Source: Vicugna vicugna (taxonomy: Eukaryota). Taken from it: 64,000 nucleotides of DNA. How positions within the stretch are numbered: position 1 is the first letter of the stretch; every line of letters starts with the position of its first letter. The notes under the pieces were generated by a model. The model saw only the letters and a program-made list of their open reading frames with translations. It did not search any database and was not told where the DNA came from. Shown piece by piece: positions 12,386 to 24,052 of the stretch. The DNA lies in assembly GCA_013265495.1 (NCBI GenBank), contig MU058257.1:982020-1046019 (forward strand), in the 5' to 3' direction. The position numbers and the translations under genes were made by a program.

Positions 12386-12830
12386 TGTCGACTGAAAAGA
12401 AAAATGCATGACCTAAATGTTGAGAGTCAGGTTTTATTTAGTGGACTTTCTGAGGACTTTAAGCCCAGGAGACAGCCTCCAGAATAGCTCTGAGGGACCG
12501 CCCCAAAGAGGCAGAAGAGGAGCCAGGATATATGAGGCTTTGCAATGAAGACCAGGTTGTCGGAACATCAAAAGATTACTGTTAATTAAAGAAAACCAGG
12601 CATCTCACATGAAGGAGTTTAGTGCTTTTCTATGTCGGGGAAGATGCAAGAGCCTGGGCTCACTGAAATCCTTCCTTCGATCTGCCCCTTAGCTGTCCAG
12701 AGCCAGTGTTCTGCACTTTCCCATCCCGGGTCCCCTCAGAGGGCGCCGTTGGGGGTGTCTTCTGTGGCTGATGGCTTGATGGCTGCAACATCCTTTGTTT
12801 ACAGATGTGACGGGCAATGTTTCATTCACA
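12386..12830 (-). mobile_element. Solo LTR, ERV1-like, second family
   Basis: TG...CA termini; AATAAA and TATA-like box on the minus strand; no clear TSD. Confidence 0.7.
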
Positions 12831-13204
12831 CACAGAATCACACTCCAAAGTGTCCCCACTAATCACCCACTAACATTCTCAATAGGGGTGTATGCAATTC
12901 AAATCTCTCTACGCAGGACAAGTTCCTGACTTTCTAGGGACAATGATTCACCTCCCTTACTCCCATCTGGTTGGACCCTTCTGGGCTTCTCTCTTTGTTT
13001 AAGAGTCTTAAGAGTCTTCGTTGAACGGCCTGAGGACCTGATTAGCAGTCTCAAAATTCCTTTCACCATTTCTCTCCAGATGCCAGTCTCAGCAGAAGCA
13101 CCTCCCAGGTGGACAGGGATGGGTGGGTGGGAATTGCAAGGATGTTATGCATAGAAAAATCTGCCTTAATACACCAGAGTTATCAGATAAAGGTTACCCA
13201 TCCC

Positions 13205-13938
13205 TGTAAGCAGCTTTTGGCAGGAAAGAGCCATTTGCAGGAAGGAGCTCTCTGCAGGAGGCCCCTTTTGTCTGTCACTGACGTTAAATCAGGCACCCCA
13301 CTTCCATCCCACCTCCCCCTTTACTCATCTCTGGCCCTTAGCACAACTTTCAGATCGCAGAATCTTCAGCAATGGTCTTTGGGGGACACTGAGCCCACCA
13401 CCCCCTCAGATTGCCGGCATCCTGATTAAAAGCCACCTTCCTTTCTACCAACGTTTGTCTCTCTCAGGTACTGATTTTTTTTTTCTTTGAAGTGTAGTTG
13501 ATGTACAATGTTAGTTTCAGGTATACAGCAAAGAGATGCAGTTATACATAGACATACATATATATTACATATATTTTAGGATCTTTTCCATTATAGCTTA
13601 TTACGAGAAATTGAGTATAGTTCCCTATGCTTTCAGGAGGTCCCTCTTGTTCATCTATTTTATAAATAGTCGTGTATATCTGTTAATCCCGAACTCCTCA
13701 TTTATCCTTCTCCCACCCTTTCCCCTTTGATAACCATAGTTTGTTTTCTACATCCATGAGTCTATTTCTGGTTTGTAAATAAAATATGTATCCGTTTTTA
13801 GACTCCGCATGTAAGTGATATCATATGATATTTGTCTTTCTCTGTCTGATTTACTTCAGTTCGTATGATAATCTCTAGGTCCACCCATGTTGCTGCAAAT
13901 GGCGTTATTTTATTCTTTTTCAGGCTTAGTAGTATTCC

Positions 13939-13983
<45 letters not shown>

Positions 13984-14402
13984 TTGTGTGTGTACTATAT
14001 CTTCTTTATCCAGTCATCTGTTGATGGACACTGGGGTTGCTTCCATGTCTTGGCTATTGTAAATAGTGCTGCGGTGAACATTGGGGTGCAGGTGTCTTTT
14101 CGAATTAGCGTTTCCTCCAGATGTATGCCCAGGAGTGGGATTGCTGGGTCATATGGTAAGTCTATTTTTAGTTTTTTGAGGAACCTCCATACCATTCTCC
14201 ATGACAGCTGCACCAAACTGCATTCCCACCAGCAGTGCAGGAGGTTCCCTCTTCTCCACAGCCTCTCCAGCATTTGTCATTTGTGGACTTTTGAATGGCG
14301 GCCATTCCGACTGGTGGGAGGTAACACCCCCTTAGAGCTTTGATTTCGATTTTCAAGTATTGATTTTTGAGCAGCGAGCAGCCGGACCTGAGCTCAGTGA
14401 CA
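13205..14402 (+). mobile_element. LTR interrupted by an L1 insertion; 5' boundary uncertain
   Basis: LTR-like 3' part (attaaaagccacc...gattttt) resumes at 14369 (gagcagcgagcagccggacctgagctcagtgaca) after the L1. Confidence 0.6.
13480..14352 (-). mobile_element. 5'-truncated L1 (ORF2 C-terminus plus 3' UTR) with an internal (GT)n expansion
   Basis: Translates to [10 protein letters not shown]...[12 protein letters not shown]...[22 protein letters not shown]; 16-bp TSD tcaggtactgattttt/tcaagtattgattttt. Confidence 0.92.
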
Positions 14403-15689
14403 CCCCAACCCACACATGTAACATGACCCTCAGAACAAATGCAGACCCTCAGGCACCTACTAGAAATCTCTCAGGAATAAAACTCAGCAGCTTGGTTTTA
14501 GGGGAGAGGAAGCAGAACGGAAGTGGCAGTTATACAGATTGTGACCAGTTTCTAGGGGTTGGTCCTTCATAGAGATGGCCCCGGAAGGAAGGCTGGGAGT
14601 CACCTGTCCCCGGCCAGACATACAGCAGCCTGCTAGGACACAGGGCCCTCCCCGGACTGAGCAATGACATCTGTGATGGACGTAAAACAGGGTTCTCATC
14701 TGCCTTCTCCAAGGGAAAAGAGAGTTTCCTTTAAAAGAAGTTCTGACTTTTACTTTTAAGCAGATTAAAAAAAAGTGGTCAATAGGCAACTATGTTTTGA
14801 AACATCTGTTTGGATGCATTTTCGTATGGTTTTTTGTAGATACATCCCCTCAGGTTAGAATAACATTTAAAAGAAAACCTTTGGACAAGGACAACGTGTG
14901 AATGTTCATCTGGTCCTATAACTGCCTGGACTTCTTATGAATTTGACTCCTCAGCATGTGGAATGCTACGGTTGCTGACTGTCCATCCCAGGATCCCAGA
15001 AATACTTTGCTCAGGCTTGAATTCTAATTTTGGAAAGCTTTCTCACAGAAGCCGGGAGATTTATGCAGAAGTGAGAGCCTCGCTTGATCAGGGCTGATAA
15101 AGTTCCCTCTAGAGAGCACACAGATGTTTAAAGGGAAGCTCTCAGGATTTTGAAGAGCTTGCCATGAACTAGAAAAAACCCCATCGGGCACAAGGCAGAG
15201 TGGGGCTTCAGCCTTGAGAGGACAAAGGCTGAGGGTTTAGAAATTGTCCCCAGAGCCGCGAGGACAGGAGCATCTTGGAACCACGGCTGGCCTTGAGCAC
15301 AGGATGAAGCAGGTAGAAGTTGCGCTTCACACCTCCTTCCTCCACGCGATGCCACGATGCTCTCGAGATTTGTGTCTGAGAACGAAGGCTCTGAGGTCCA
15401 GACCTTCCCTCCACAACCGTGTCGTTCTGAGCCTCTGCTCTGAACCCGGGCTGCCCTGGTGTCAGGGGTTCTTTCTAGGCCCATGGGCTGCCCTCCACTC
15501 AGAAGATATGTTCATTTAAACAGGGGCCCCTTGAAAAAGCTATTTGCCGTCATCCAAATGAATCCAATCACAGAAACGTTAAATGCTGGAGACCCGAGTG
15601 GGGACGTATCTGGGGGCAGACGGGCTCCTTAAATCACATCATGTAAATGACTCTCTCTTCTGTCACACGTAAGTGTGACCTGCTCTTAC

Positions 15690-15815
15690 ACTCTGAGGAG
15701 GTCATTTGTATGTCCCCAAGACGTCAGAGATGCACGTCAGTGTCATCACTAAGAGCTGTCCTCGCTCCAAGAGCAAACAGAGATCTTCCTCACGCAGATT
15801 GTCGAAAAGGACAAT
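15690..15815 (-). pseudogene. Exon, 126 nt, phase 0-0, with premature TGA (IVLFDNLREEDLCLLLERGQLLVMTLTCISDVLGTYK*PPQS)
   Basis: Acceptor ccctctgtgaattcag|ATT, donor AGT|gtaaga; ERGQ...DVLG PLAT-like motif; TGA at 15704-15702. Confidence 0.7.
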
Positions 15816-16593
15816 CTGAATTCACAGAGGGTGAAACTATTTTCAAAGTGGAATGTGTTCTTCTTTTCAAATGTGTACAATATATGGATCTCGATTTTTT
15901 TTTTAAAGTCTAGTAGAGGTCCTTGGGGAGCTTGTTTTAATGAACTGATAAGAATGATTTGTAATTCCAGCATTAATTGCTTGTATGTAAATAGCTTCTT
16001 CTGAAATCCTTAAGGGTCTGTTTGAAACCAGTTTGTTCTCTTTAAACCTTGGCCTGCAAATTAATTTGCATTTGCAGTTTCCTTGCAAACTCTTTACTTT
16101 GTAGCTCCTGCAAAGGTAAATTTCATCTAATTAATCCATACACGGGGTCCACATTTCTGTGGTTTTTACCAGAATCACTGGTTTTGAATCCTGGGGTATC
16201 TGGTGTTTTATTACAACTCACGCCCAGTTTTAAGGCACATTTAAAATATACAATAGTTGCTGTCCTTGCTTCATGATGCTAATTTTAGCCAAGGCTGCAG
16301 TTATAAAAATCTACATAAATAAATACATAAATAAATAAAATCTGCGAGGCTTCCTGGAACTACCACTTTCCTGAAACAATAGTTTCCAGAAACGATTCTA
16401 ATTAGTGCTCCTTTGGCTCCAGCGGACAGGTTTATAGATGGTTTCCATTTGCAGTCACTTGTTCACAACACGCATCTACTTTCATAGACACACACATACA
16501 CACGCGTGTGTGCTTTTTGTTAGCTTGTTGGCTTCGTGATGTGCCATCTATAGTTCAAATTATCCTGAAACTAAAGAGGAAGCATGGACTTGC

Positions 16594-16695
16594 AGGGTTC
16601 TGCTGGCACTCTGAGCACATCGTGGCAGAAACAACACAGAGGTCTCTTTCAGAGATCCGGTTGCTGAGAAATCTGTAATCCATTTTATAACATTT
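16594..16695 (-). pseudogene. Exon, 102 nt, phase 0-0 (KCYKMDYRFLSNRISERDLCVVSATMCSECQQNP)
   Basis: Acceptor ccctgtttttcaacgtacag|AAA; donor CCT|gcaagt (GC-type or mutated GT); in phase with the 15815 exon. Confidence 0.55.
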
Positions 16696-17340
16696 CTGTA
16701 CGTTGAAAAACAGGGACCCAAGATCCCAGAAATCCACACAATGGAAATCCTGATGGCCATGAAGGGGATATTTTGCAGGTGGCCCCCTTTCGTCTTGGGA
16801 AAGGGTTGACTTCCCATGTAGCTCTTCCAAACAGCTGGAGAAACCCAACCCTGGTGTCAATCAGATTCCAGTGAGTGGAGGTCAGCGCTCACATCTGGCT
16901 GGCCCGTCTGCCTGCAGCAGGGCCCCCAACTCTGCTCTTTCCTGCACGTGTTCCCTCTTCAGGAACTATTTTATTTATTCCACCATCTGCAGAACAACAT
17001 GGCCCCTGGAGCACAGACGAGCGTGGGCCCTCCTCTTCAAATTTGTCTTAGGTCAGTGAACAACCGTGCAGCAGAAAGTGTTCCTTCTGCACTGACAGTG
17101 TGATTAACAATGCTCCCCTCTCATTTTTTTGGAGTTATGGCTTTTATTACGTCTCCCATGAGCAGAGATTAAGCCATGAACTTAGAGCAATTTTCTTTTG
17201 CAGGGTGGGAGAATGACAGCCTCCTATCAGTGAATGTGGGCACACGGAAAATGAAGCTCTGTCGTTTTCTGTGTTCCAGCCTCAGGAGAGGGCTCGCTGT
17301 CAGTCAGCCTTGAAGCAGCAGCCTCTCCCCAGGTCCTCAC

Positions 17341-17703
17341 CGCTGACTGCCCATCGCCCGCCCTCTCCCGATAACACGGGGAGGGGTTGCCAGGGAAACC
17401 GGGGCAGTGGACGGGCTCCAGACGCGGGGACCCTCTCAAGATGTAAATTTCTGGACAGGAGGACTCTCTCAAGATGTAAATGTCTGTTTGTTTTGGAGGA
17501 GTCTCTTCAAACTGTTGGCGGACCATGTAAGGGTTCTTCTTTTGTTTGGGAACAGCTCGAGTGGAACCTGGCTCCACTGGAATTCTCCGCAGCACAGGCT
17601 CTCTCATGGTTTCTACTATTTCCTGTCTCTGGCCAGGCTGCAGGAATCCGAACAAAGCTTCTCAGGGTATTTCATCCTGTTTGGACTCCGTTCCAGTATG
17701 AAC
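17341..17703 (-). pseudogene. Large exon with internal stops or a frameshift
   Basis: Long pyrimidine tract then ctgatctcag|GTT, donor GCG|gtgagg; no frame is open end to end. Confidence 0.5.
17428..17486. repeat. Tandem duplication, 33-bp period
   Basis: ggaccctctcaagatgtaaatttctg (17428) and ggactctctcaagatgtaaatgtctg (17461). Confidence 0.8.
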
Positions 17704-18080
17704 CTGAGATCAGGTTGAAGCCACGGAAAACAGAAGAGGAAAAACTGTTGAGATAAAGATTGGCCCGGCACCCCCGTCCCCGCTAAGAGAGCGCGAAAGT
17801 TTGTTATTGTTTATTTCGGTGGCGGGTCCGTGGAGGGGGAAGCGCGCTGTGCAGGACGCCAGGGCTCTGAGCTCCGGCTCTCGCTCTGCTGCTGCTAAGG
17901 CCTCGTCTGCAAAGGAGGCTGGGATGTCTCCCACAGCCCTTCCCATGTTCCGAGGGGCTGTGCATCCCCTTCTGAGAATGCTGAGTACTTGGAAAGGCTG
18001 TTGTTCTGACCCAGTTCTTGACCTCAGATCAGAGCACTTCCCATCCGTGAAGACTCCATGCCCAGGCATCTTCACTTTAC

Positions 18081-18153
18081 CACCAATAGCAGTACTCCAA
18101 GCAGGTACCACGGGAATTAGTTACACAAACATTATCTCCAGTTGACAGTTTTG
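18081..18153 (-). pseudogene. Exon, 73 nt, phase 1-2 (KLSTGDNVCVTNSRGTCLEYCYW)
   Basis: Acceptor gtcctgaatcag|CA, donor GTG|gtaaag; resembles PLAT C-terminal strands (D.V.V....C..W). Confidence 0.5.
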
Positions 18154-18433
18154 CTGATTCAGGACAATATAGAGCTTTTGTCCTTTTAAAAATGGGAAAA
18201 TCGGATGCCACTTCTCCCTTCAAATCTTCCCCTACAAAATAAGAGACAAAGAGAAAAGGGATCCCCCTTCCCAACCTTGCCCGGGTCCTCCCCGTCCAGC
18301 CTCTCAGGCTGTGCACCAGACAACGCCAGAGATTCTGTTCACCTGGGAGACAAGGAGAAGATGTCTTTTTGAACCATGCAGTGCAAAGGCCTTGACCCTC
18401 ACCCCTTCTGTTCTAGTCACAACGGCTACTAAC

Positions 18434-18511
18434 CTTTCCAGAAATAAGTCATATACTTTTCTGCCCTATATCTTTGTCTACAAGTTTCCTCTGCCTGAAA
18501 CGCCTTCACCG
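18434..18511 (-). pseudogene. Exon, 78 nt, phase 1-1 (VKAFQAEETCRQRYRAEKYMTYFWK)
   Basis: Acceptor cattttaatgcag|CG, donor AAG|gttagt; in phase with the 18153 exon. Confidence 0.5.
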
Positions 18512-18850
18512 CTGCATTAAAATGATTGCTTTTAGTCCTACTTCCTCAGACGCAGTCACATCCTCACAGGCGGGAGCTCCGCATCCCTGCGTCACGCCTG
18601 CCAGCACGGGTAAATAAAAGTCTACGGAAAGCAAGCGGTCTTGCTGTGTTTTGCCCCGTTTACATTTTCCAGAAATACAGCTAATCAGGAAAGGGAGAGA
18701 TTAAATATTAAATTTTAAGTGACATACAATTACAAATGCCTTGTGGGGTTCTACACAAACCAGTTTTAACCTGCCTCCTCTTGCTTCGGACCTAACGTCC
18801 CCTAGTCGGTCAGGGTCTCTCCCTTCATTGTCTTTCTCTGTATTGGCTTG

Positions 18851-18958
18851 TCATCCAGGCTTCTAACTCCCAGAACATCCCACAAGGGGCAACAACAAGT
18901 GTCCGCATTTCTTTCAGTTTAATCTTTCTTCCGTTATTCTGCAAACTTCCATTTTTAC
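18851..18958 (-). pseudogene. Exon remnant ([34 protein letters not shown]); donor not recognisable
   Basis: Acceptor cacttctcttttggcattacaatgcag|GT; K.I.LK...T...PC PLAT-like pattern; 3' boundary approximate. Confidence 0.4.
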
Positions 18959-19028
18959 CTGCATTGTAATGCCAAAAGAGAAGTGATATAAAAGAAGGCC
19001 CACAGAAGATTAAAATGCAGGAGGGTGG

Positions 19029-19697
19029 CCTACACTGCTGGTGGGAATGCAGTTTGGTGCAGCCACTATGGAAAACAGTGTGGAGATGCCTCAAAAGACT
19101 AGGAATAGACTTACCATATGACCCAGGAATCCCACTCCTGGGCTTGTATCCAGAAGGAAATCTACTTCAGGATGACACCTGCACCCCAATGTTCACAGCA
19201 GCACTATTTACAATAGCCAAAACATGGAAACAGCCTAAATGTCCATCAATAGGTGACTGGATAAAGAAGAGGTGGTATATTTATACAATGGAATACTACT
19301 CAGCCATAAAAACCGACAACATAACGCCATTTGCAGCAACATGGATGCTCCTAGAGAATGTCATTCTAAGTGAAGTAAGCCAGAAAGAGAAAGGAAAATA
19401 CCATATGAGATCGCTCATATGTGGAATCTAAAGACTCATGGACAGAGAATACAGACTTGTGGTTACCAGGGGGGCGGAGGGTGGGAAGGGATAGACTGGG
19501 ATTTCAAAATTGTAGAACAGATAAACAAGATTACACTGTATAGCACAGGGAAATATACACAAAATGTTATGATAAATCACAGAGAAAAAAATGACAATGA
19601 GTGTGTATATGTCCATGAATGACTGAAAAATTGTGCAGAACACTGGAATTTGACACAACATTGTAAAATGATTATGAATCAATAAAAAATGTTAAAA
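19029..19697 (+). mobile_element. Young 5'-truncated L1 with open ORF2 C-terminus
   Basis: Open frame [17 protein letters not shown]...YHMRSLICGI; poly(A) signal; perfect 17-bp TSD aaaatgcaggagggtgg (19012-19028 and 19698-19714) at a TT|AAAA site. Confidence 0.95.
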
Positions 19698-20116
19698 AAA
19701 ATGCAGGAGGGTGGGATAAAACATCACATGTAAAGGGGTCACCCGAGATAGAAGGCATAGCTGGAGCTGTAATGTTAGCACCACTGCAGGGGCACAGGAC
19801 CGGGCAGCGGCTGGGGGTGTGGACACTGGGCCCTGAGCCATCCAGGCTGAATCACAGCTCCAGCACTTGGTTAACTTCTCTGTACCTCGGAGTTCTCACC
19901 CGTAAAGTGGGAATACAGGGCTGTCCTAGGTTTCCACGCGTTGACGTACAGCTGATTCTCGCCCCCTGTGGTCGCGTGCGGTGTTTGTGGTCTCTAAGCT
20001 GCCAAGAGCCCTGAATTAGCGAGCACTGAACCAGGGCTCCTAAACACAGGTTAGCGCACCTGCAGCCTCTGGTCACATTTTCATCAATCAACGTGTGACC
20101 TTGCTTTATGTGGGTT

Positions 20117-20708
20117 TCTTTTTTTGTATTGAGGTATAATTGATGTTACTTTCTGGAGTCCAGCATGGTGAGTCACACATATTCTTTTTGAGATTCTGTT
20201 CCATTACAGGCTATTATAAGCTATTGAATACAGTTCCCTGTGCTCTCCAGTAGGACCTTGTTGTTTATCTCTTTTATATACTGTAGTGTGCGTCTACTAT
20301 CCCAACCCCTAATTTATCCCTCCCTGCCCTTTCCCCTTTAGTGACCATAATTTGTTTTCTATGTCAATGAGTCCATTTCTGGTTTGTAAATAAGTTCATT
20401 TGTGTCATTTTTTAGATTCCACATACAAGTGATCTCATATGATATTTGTCTCTCTGTCTAGCTTACTTCACTTAGCATGATAATCTCTAGGTCCACCCAT
20501 GTTGCTGCAAATGGCACTATTTCATTCTTTTTTATGGCTGAGTAGTATTCCTTTGTAAGTATACCACATCTTCTTTATCTAGTCTTCTGTCATTGGACAT
20601 TTAGGTTGCTTCCATGTCTTGGCTGTTGTAGATAGTGTTGCTGTGAACATTAGGGTGCACGCGTCTTTTTGAATTAGTGTTTTCGTCTTTTCTGGATATA
20701 TGCCCAAG
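20117..20708 (-). mobile_element. L1 3' end
   Basis: Antisense ORF2 end and 3' UTR (ccatgttgctgcaaatggc, ggacatttaggttgcttccatg). Confidence 0.88.
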
Positions 20709-20709
20709 T

Positions 20710-21192
20710 ATGTGTGTTTCATTAGACACTTTATTTCATGTATATTGTTGACTCATTAACACTGGACTCACATTCACAGCCAACAGCATCACATAACTCA
20801 TGCCTGAATGAAGCTTATCTGATGTATGTATTTTCTTCAGAAAGCACATCACAGCATCTTCAGCTGAGGACACTGGACAGCACTTCAGCACCGTGCCTGG
20901 GGGCCACCTTAAACAGCAAAACTACCACCAAAAGGCCCCAAAATGCAAAAACAATGGCGCTAAATAGACAGCAAAGAGCACTCCTGTTTACAGTCGTAAA
21001 TGAAAGGAGTAGGCAGACCGTTGCCTTGATCAACCTCAGATGGAAACGTGCACATGGGGCGACAACAGTTTTCATCAGTGTCCACAAATGACCATGAAGT
21101 GACCACACACATTGATCTGGGGGTTACAAATACATTTTAGTGTGTATATGAATTTACATATGCAAAACCCACAAATAATGAGGATCAAATGT
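20710..21192 (+). mobile_element. MER82-like Tigger DNA transposon fragment
   Basis: ataactcatgcctgaatgaagcttatct and terminal aataatgaggatcaaatg, as recalled from the consensus. Confidence 0.6.
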
Positions 21193-21333
21193 TTATTCTT
21201 AAGATCTAAGGACACTTTTTAGCATAAGGTAAGTCTCATATGTGTTTGTTATTATTATACAATATATATTATTATTAATACATTATTATACTATATATAT
21301 TTTTAATACATGTTTGGTGGCTCATATCCTTGC

Positions 21334-21637
21334 TGTGATGGTTAATTTTATAAGTCAAGTTGGCTAGGCTGTAACATTCAGCTATTTAATCAAATAGCAG
21401 CCCAAATGCTGATGTAACGATACTTTGTAGGATGTGATTAACACCTACAATTAGGTGACTATAAAAAAAGTAAAGAAGATCACCCTTAATAATGCAGGTG
21501 GGCCTCATCCAATCAGTTGAAGGCTCTAAGAACAAATACTAAGGTTTCCTGGAGAAAAAAATATTCTGCCCCTAAGCCTGCAGCATTGAGTCCTGTCTAG
21601 GTTTCCACGCCCCATAGTCACCTGTCCTTTACAGCAA

Positions 21638-21702
<65 letters not shown>

Positions 21703-21740
21703 CTCCCGTTGGTTCTCTCTGGAGAACCCTAACTGATAAA
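21334..21740 (+). mobile_element. MLT2-type (ERVL) LTR with (CT)n(CA)n microsatellite (21643-21700)
   Basis: Starts tgtgatggttaattttat; gggcctcatccaatcagttgaaggc; ends tctctggagaaccctaactgat. Confidence 0.85.
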
Positions 21741-21986
21741 CTCACTTTTGATTATTTCCTCTCTTGCACTGATGCAGTCAAGCGGGAAGGACACTGGATT
21801 GGGGGTCTGGAAGGCTGACCTCTGTCTCTTCTGTGTCCATACCGCTGGTTGGCCTGGACATTCTCCATGGGCCTTCCCAGCTCCCCGACTCCCCAGGCAG
21901 AGGAGCTGGTTTGAGCGAAGACCTCCCCCTGCCCCTTGCTTCCAATCCATCTCGTAGAGTCATGGCGTGTGAGACTTGGATGGAAC

Positions 21987-22145
21987 CTTCAAGATTATAT
22001 CATCCACACTCTTTGTTTCTTTATTTCTTCGGGCACAAATGTGAAACCGCGGGCTCCCATTTCCTTTCTTCCTCCTGACTCTGGGCATAAACTCTCGCAA
22101 GACGTGCTCGAACTGATGCCAGATTCTCTGAACCCTCGGGAAGTC
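21987..22145 (-). pseudogene. Possible exon remnant (DFPRVQRIWHQFEHVLREFMPRVRRKK...)
   Basis: Acceptor ttgttgctggggccccgcttggcag|GAC; protein-like open frame; weak donor. Confidence 0.35.
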
Positions 22146-23819
22146 CTGCCAAGCGGGGCCCCAGCAACAAAAACTTAGGAGAAATTAGTGGTGGCGGTGG
22201 GAAGGGGTGGGGGAGACGGGGTTCTTTTAAAGCCCTGAATGCCAGCAGAAAATTGACCAAAGCAGAGGTGAACTTCCCCCGTCTCTTCTAAAGAGGTGCC
22301 AATACTGCAGTGGCAGCCCTGCCAGGATAATTTGTCACACGTGTCCCCGTGTGGGCAGAAGCCCCTTTGGAGTCATCTTCCCAGCCCACTCCCACAGGCA
22401 GCTTGTCTGAAACACAGCCCTAAGACGTGACGGAAAGGGAAATGCGGGGGGGGGGCATCAACGGCCACCCGCGCCCCCAGGCCTCCCAGCCTCAATGTAT
22501 TCACACTCATTAGGCCTGAAGGGCCTGCCGGGACCCCAGCTGCACCGGGGCTTCTGCCGTGACTCCAGTGCCCACTGCCGCAGACACTGTCCAGGGAAAA
22601 GCACCTCCTGAAAAATGGCGTGGAGTCAGCCCGAGTTAGCAGGCCAGCAGAGCGCTGTGAAAAGCCAGACTCCTCGCCGAGGCGGAACGGCAGGGATCCC
22701 TCCCCCGGGGCACAGTGCTCTCGGGCACAATGACTGCCTGTGACCCCAGCGGGACCTGGGCCTGAGCATCGCGGTGGGGTGCGCATGTACTCAGGGAGCC
22801 CACCCATCAGGCGGGGACCCCGGTACATGGGGAAGTGGCTCTCGGGCAAACCATCAATTGGCCGACGCTGTTGTCACCACCAAGCCTGACAAAGGTCCCA
22901 TTCTTTCTCTCTACTTTTAATGTAAAAACACCAACAAAACATCTGTTGTGCATAGACCAGAGAACAAAAAGATGTAACAGAATCCAAGGTGCAGCGGGTA
23001 TCGGGGGGCAGACGCCCCATGTCAGGGGCCAGGTTATACAAGGTCTGAGCTGCTGTGTGTGGAGAGCAGAGGACATAGAGAACCAGATTTCCCCTTATTT
23101 TTCCACAGCGTTAACAACACGCCAAATTATTTGAAAACTGTACCGTGTTTTCTCAAGAAAGACTTCTCAGTTATCTATGTGTTTATAGACCTATTTCTAC
23201 CCACCCTGCTCCAACCAAAATAGGCTTGGGGGCACATCGTTTCCACCACAGTGTTCACTGCACAACCCCTGTCTGTGGAAGCCGCTCGGCTAAGACAAGG
23301 TGAAGACCAGCGCTGCGACTGGAAGGAATCTTAAATGCCATGCAGCCAGGCCAAACTCTCACTGATCAGAAAAGGGACTTGCCCAGGTTGGTGAAGTGAC
23401 TTTCCAAAAGTCATACAGCTCGTGCCCGGCACGAGCATGTTTCAAACCCAGATGCCCTCAAAACCCAGTGTTTCTCCTGCGATCACCATGGTAATTTCAT
23501 TGACAGAAAGAAAAAAAGGAGAGTCTGGGGGGAGCTCTCTGTGGACAGAGCAGAGCACCTCGAGTTCAAGTCCTCGATCAGGGCTCAAGAAGTCATGCCA
23601 CCCCGAGTGGACAGGTGGCTAGAAAGTCAGGCTGGATGCCCGGAGGGCAAGGAAAGGGGATCCTAGCCGAGGAGAGAAGTAAAAGTAGAGGCAACCAGGA
23701 GATAAGACCAACTTGAAGAGCTGAGCAGAGAAGGAGTTAGGTTAATAAGGAGTGGACTTGAAAACCCTAGGAAACAGTTATTCTGACTATGAAATCACTA
23801 AACCCAGCTTAACTTTCAC

Positions 23820-24052
23820 CCGGGGGAAAGCAGGGTCCACAGCCACGCTGTGAGTCTCTTCTCAGTTCGTGCAGGATCGCTTCCCGCTCTAGGGGTTCCC
23901 GAGCCTCCAAATGTGAGATTGCAGCTGGCGCTGGTGCTGGCACCTGGGAGCCGAGCCAGAGAACACGGCCACGAGAGGCCCCGGCACCCCACTCAAAGGC
24001 GGGTGATGATGTAGGGGACGAGGTGCGGAACTCTGACAAAGGTATGAATGAC
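23820..24052 (-). pseudogene. Disrupted exon (LVPYIITRL*...PGASTSASCNLTFGG)
   Basis: Acceptor ctcactgttctcctggaag|GTC, donor CGG|gtgaaa; resembles PLAT Y.I.V.TG...GAGT.A.V.LT.YG; internal TGA and a probable frameshift. Confidence 0.55.

Noticed and set aside
15662..15679. Perfect 7-bp hairpin gtcacac-gtaa-gtgtgac near a donor site
   Set aside because: A stem this short is expected by chance in 64 kb; no other support
16594..16625. CSECQQNPA as a B-box zinc finger
   Set aside because: The remaining Cys/His ligands are absent from the next exon; the context fits a PLAT N-terminal half better
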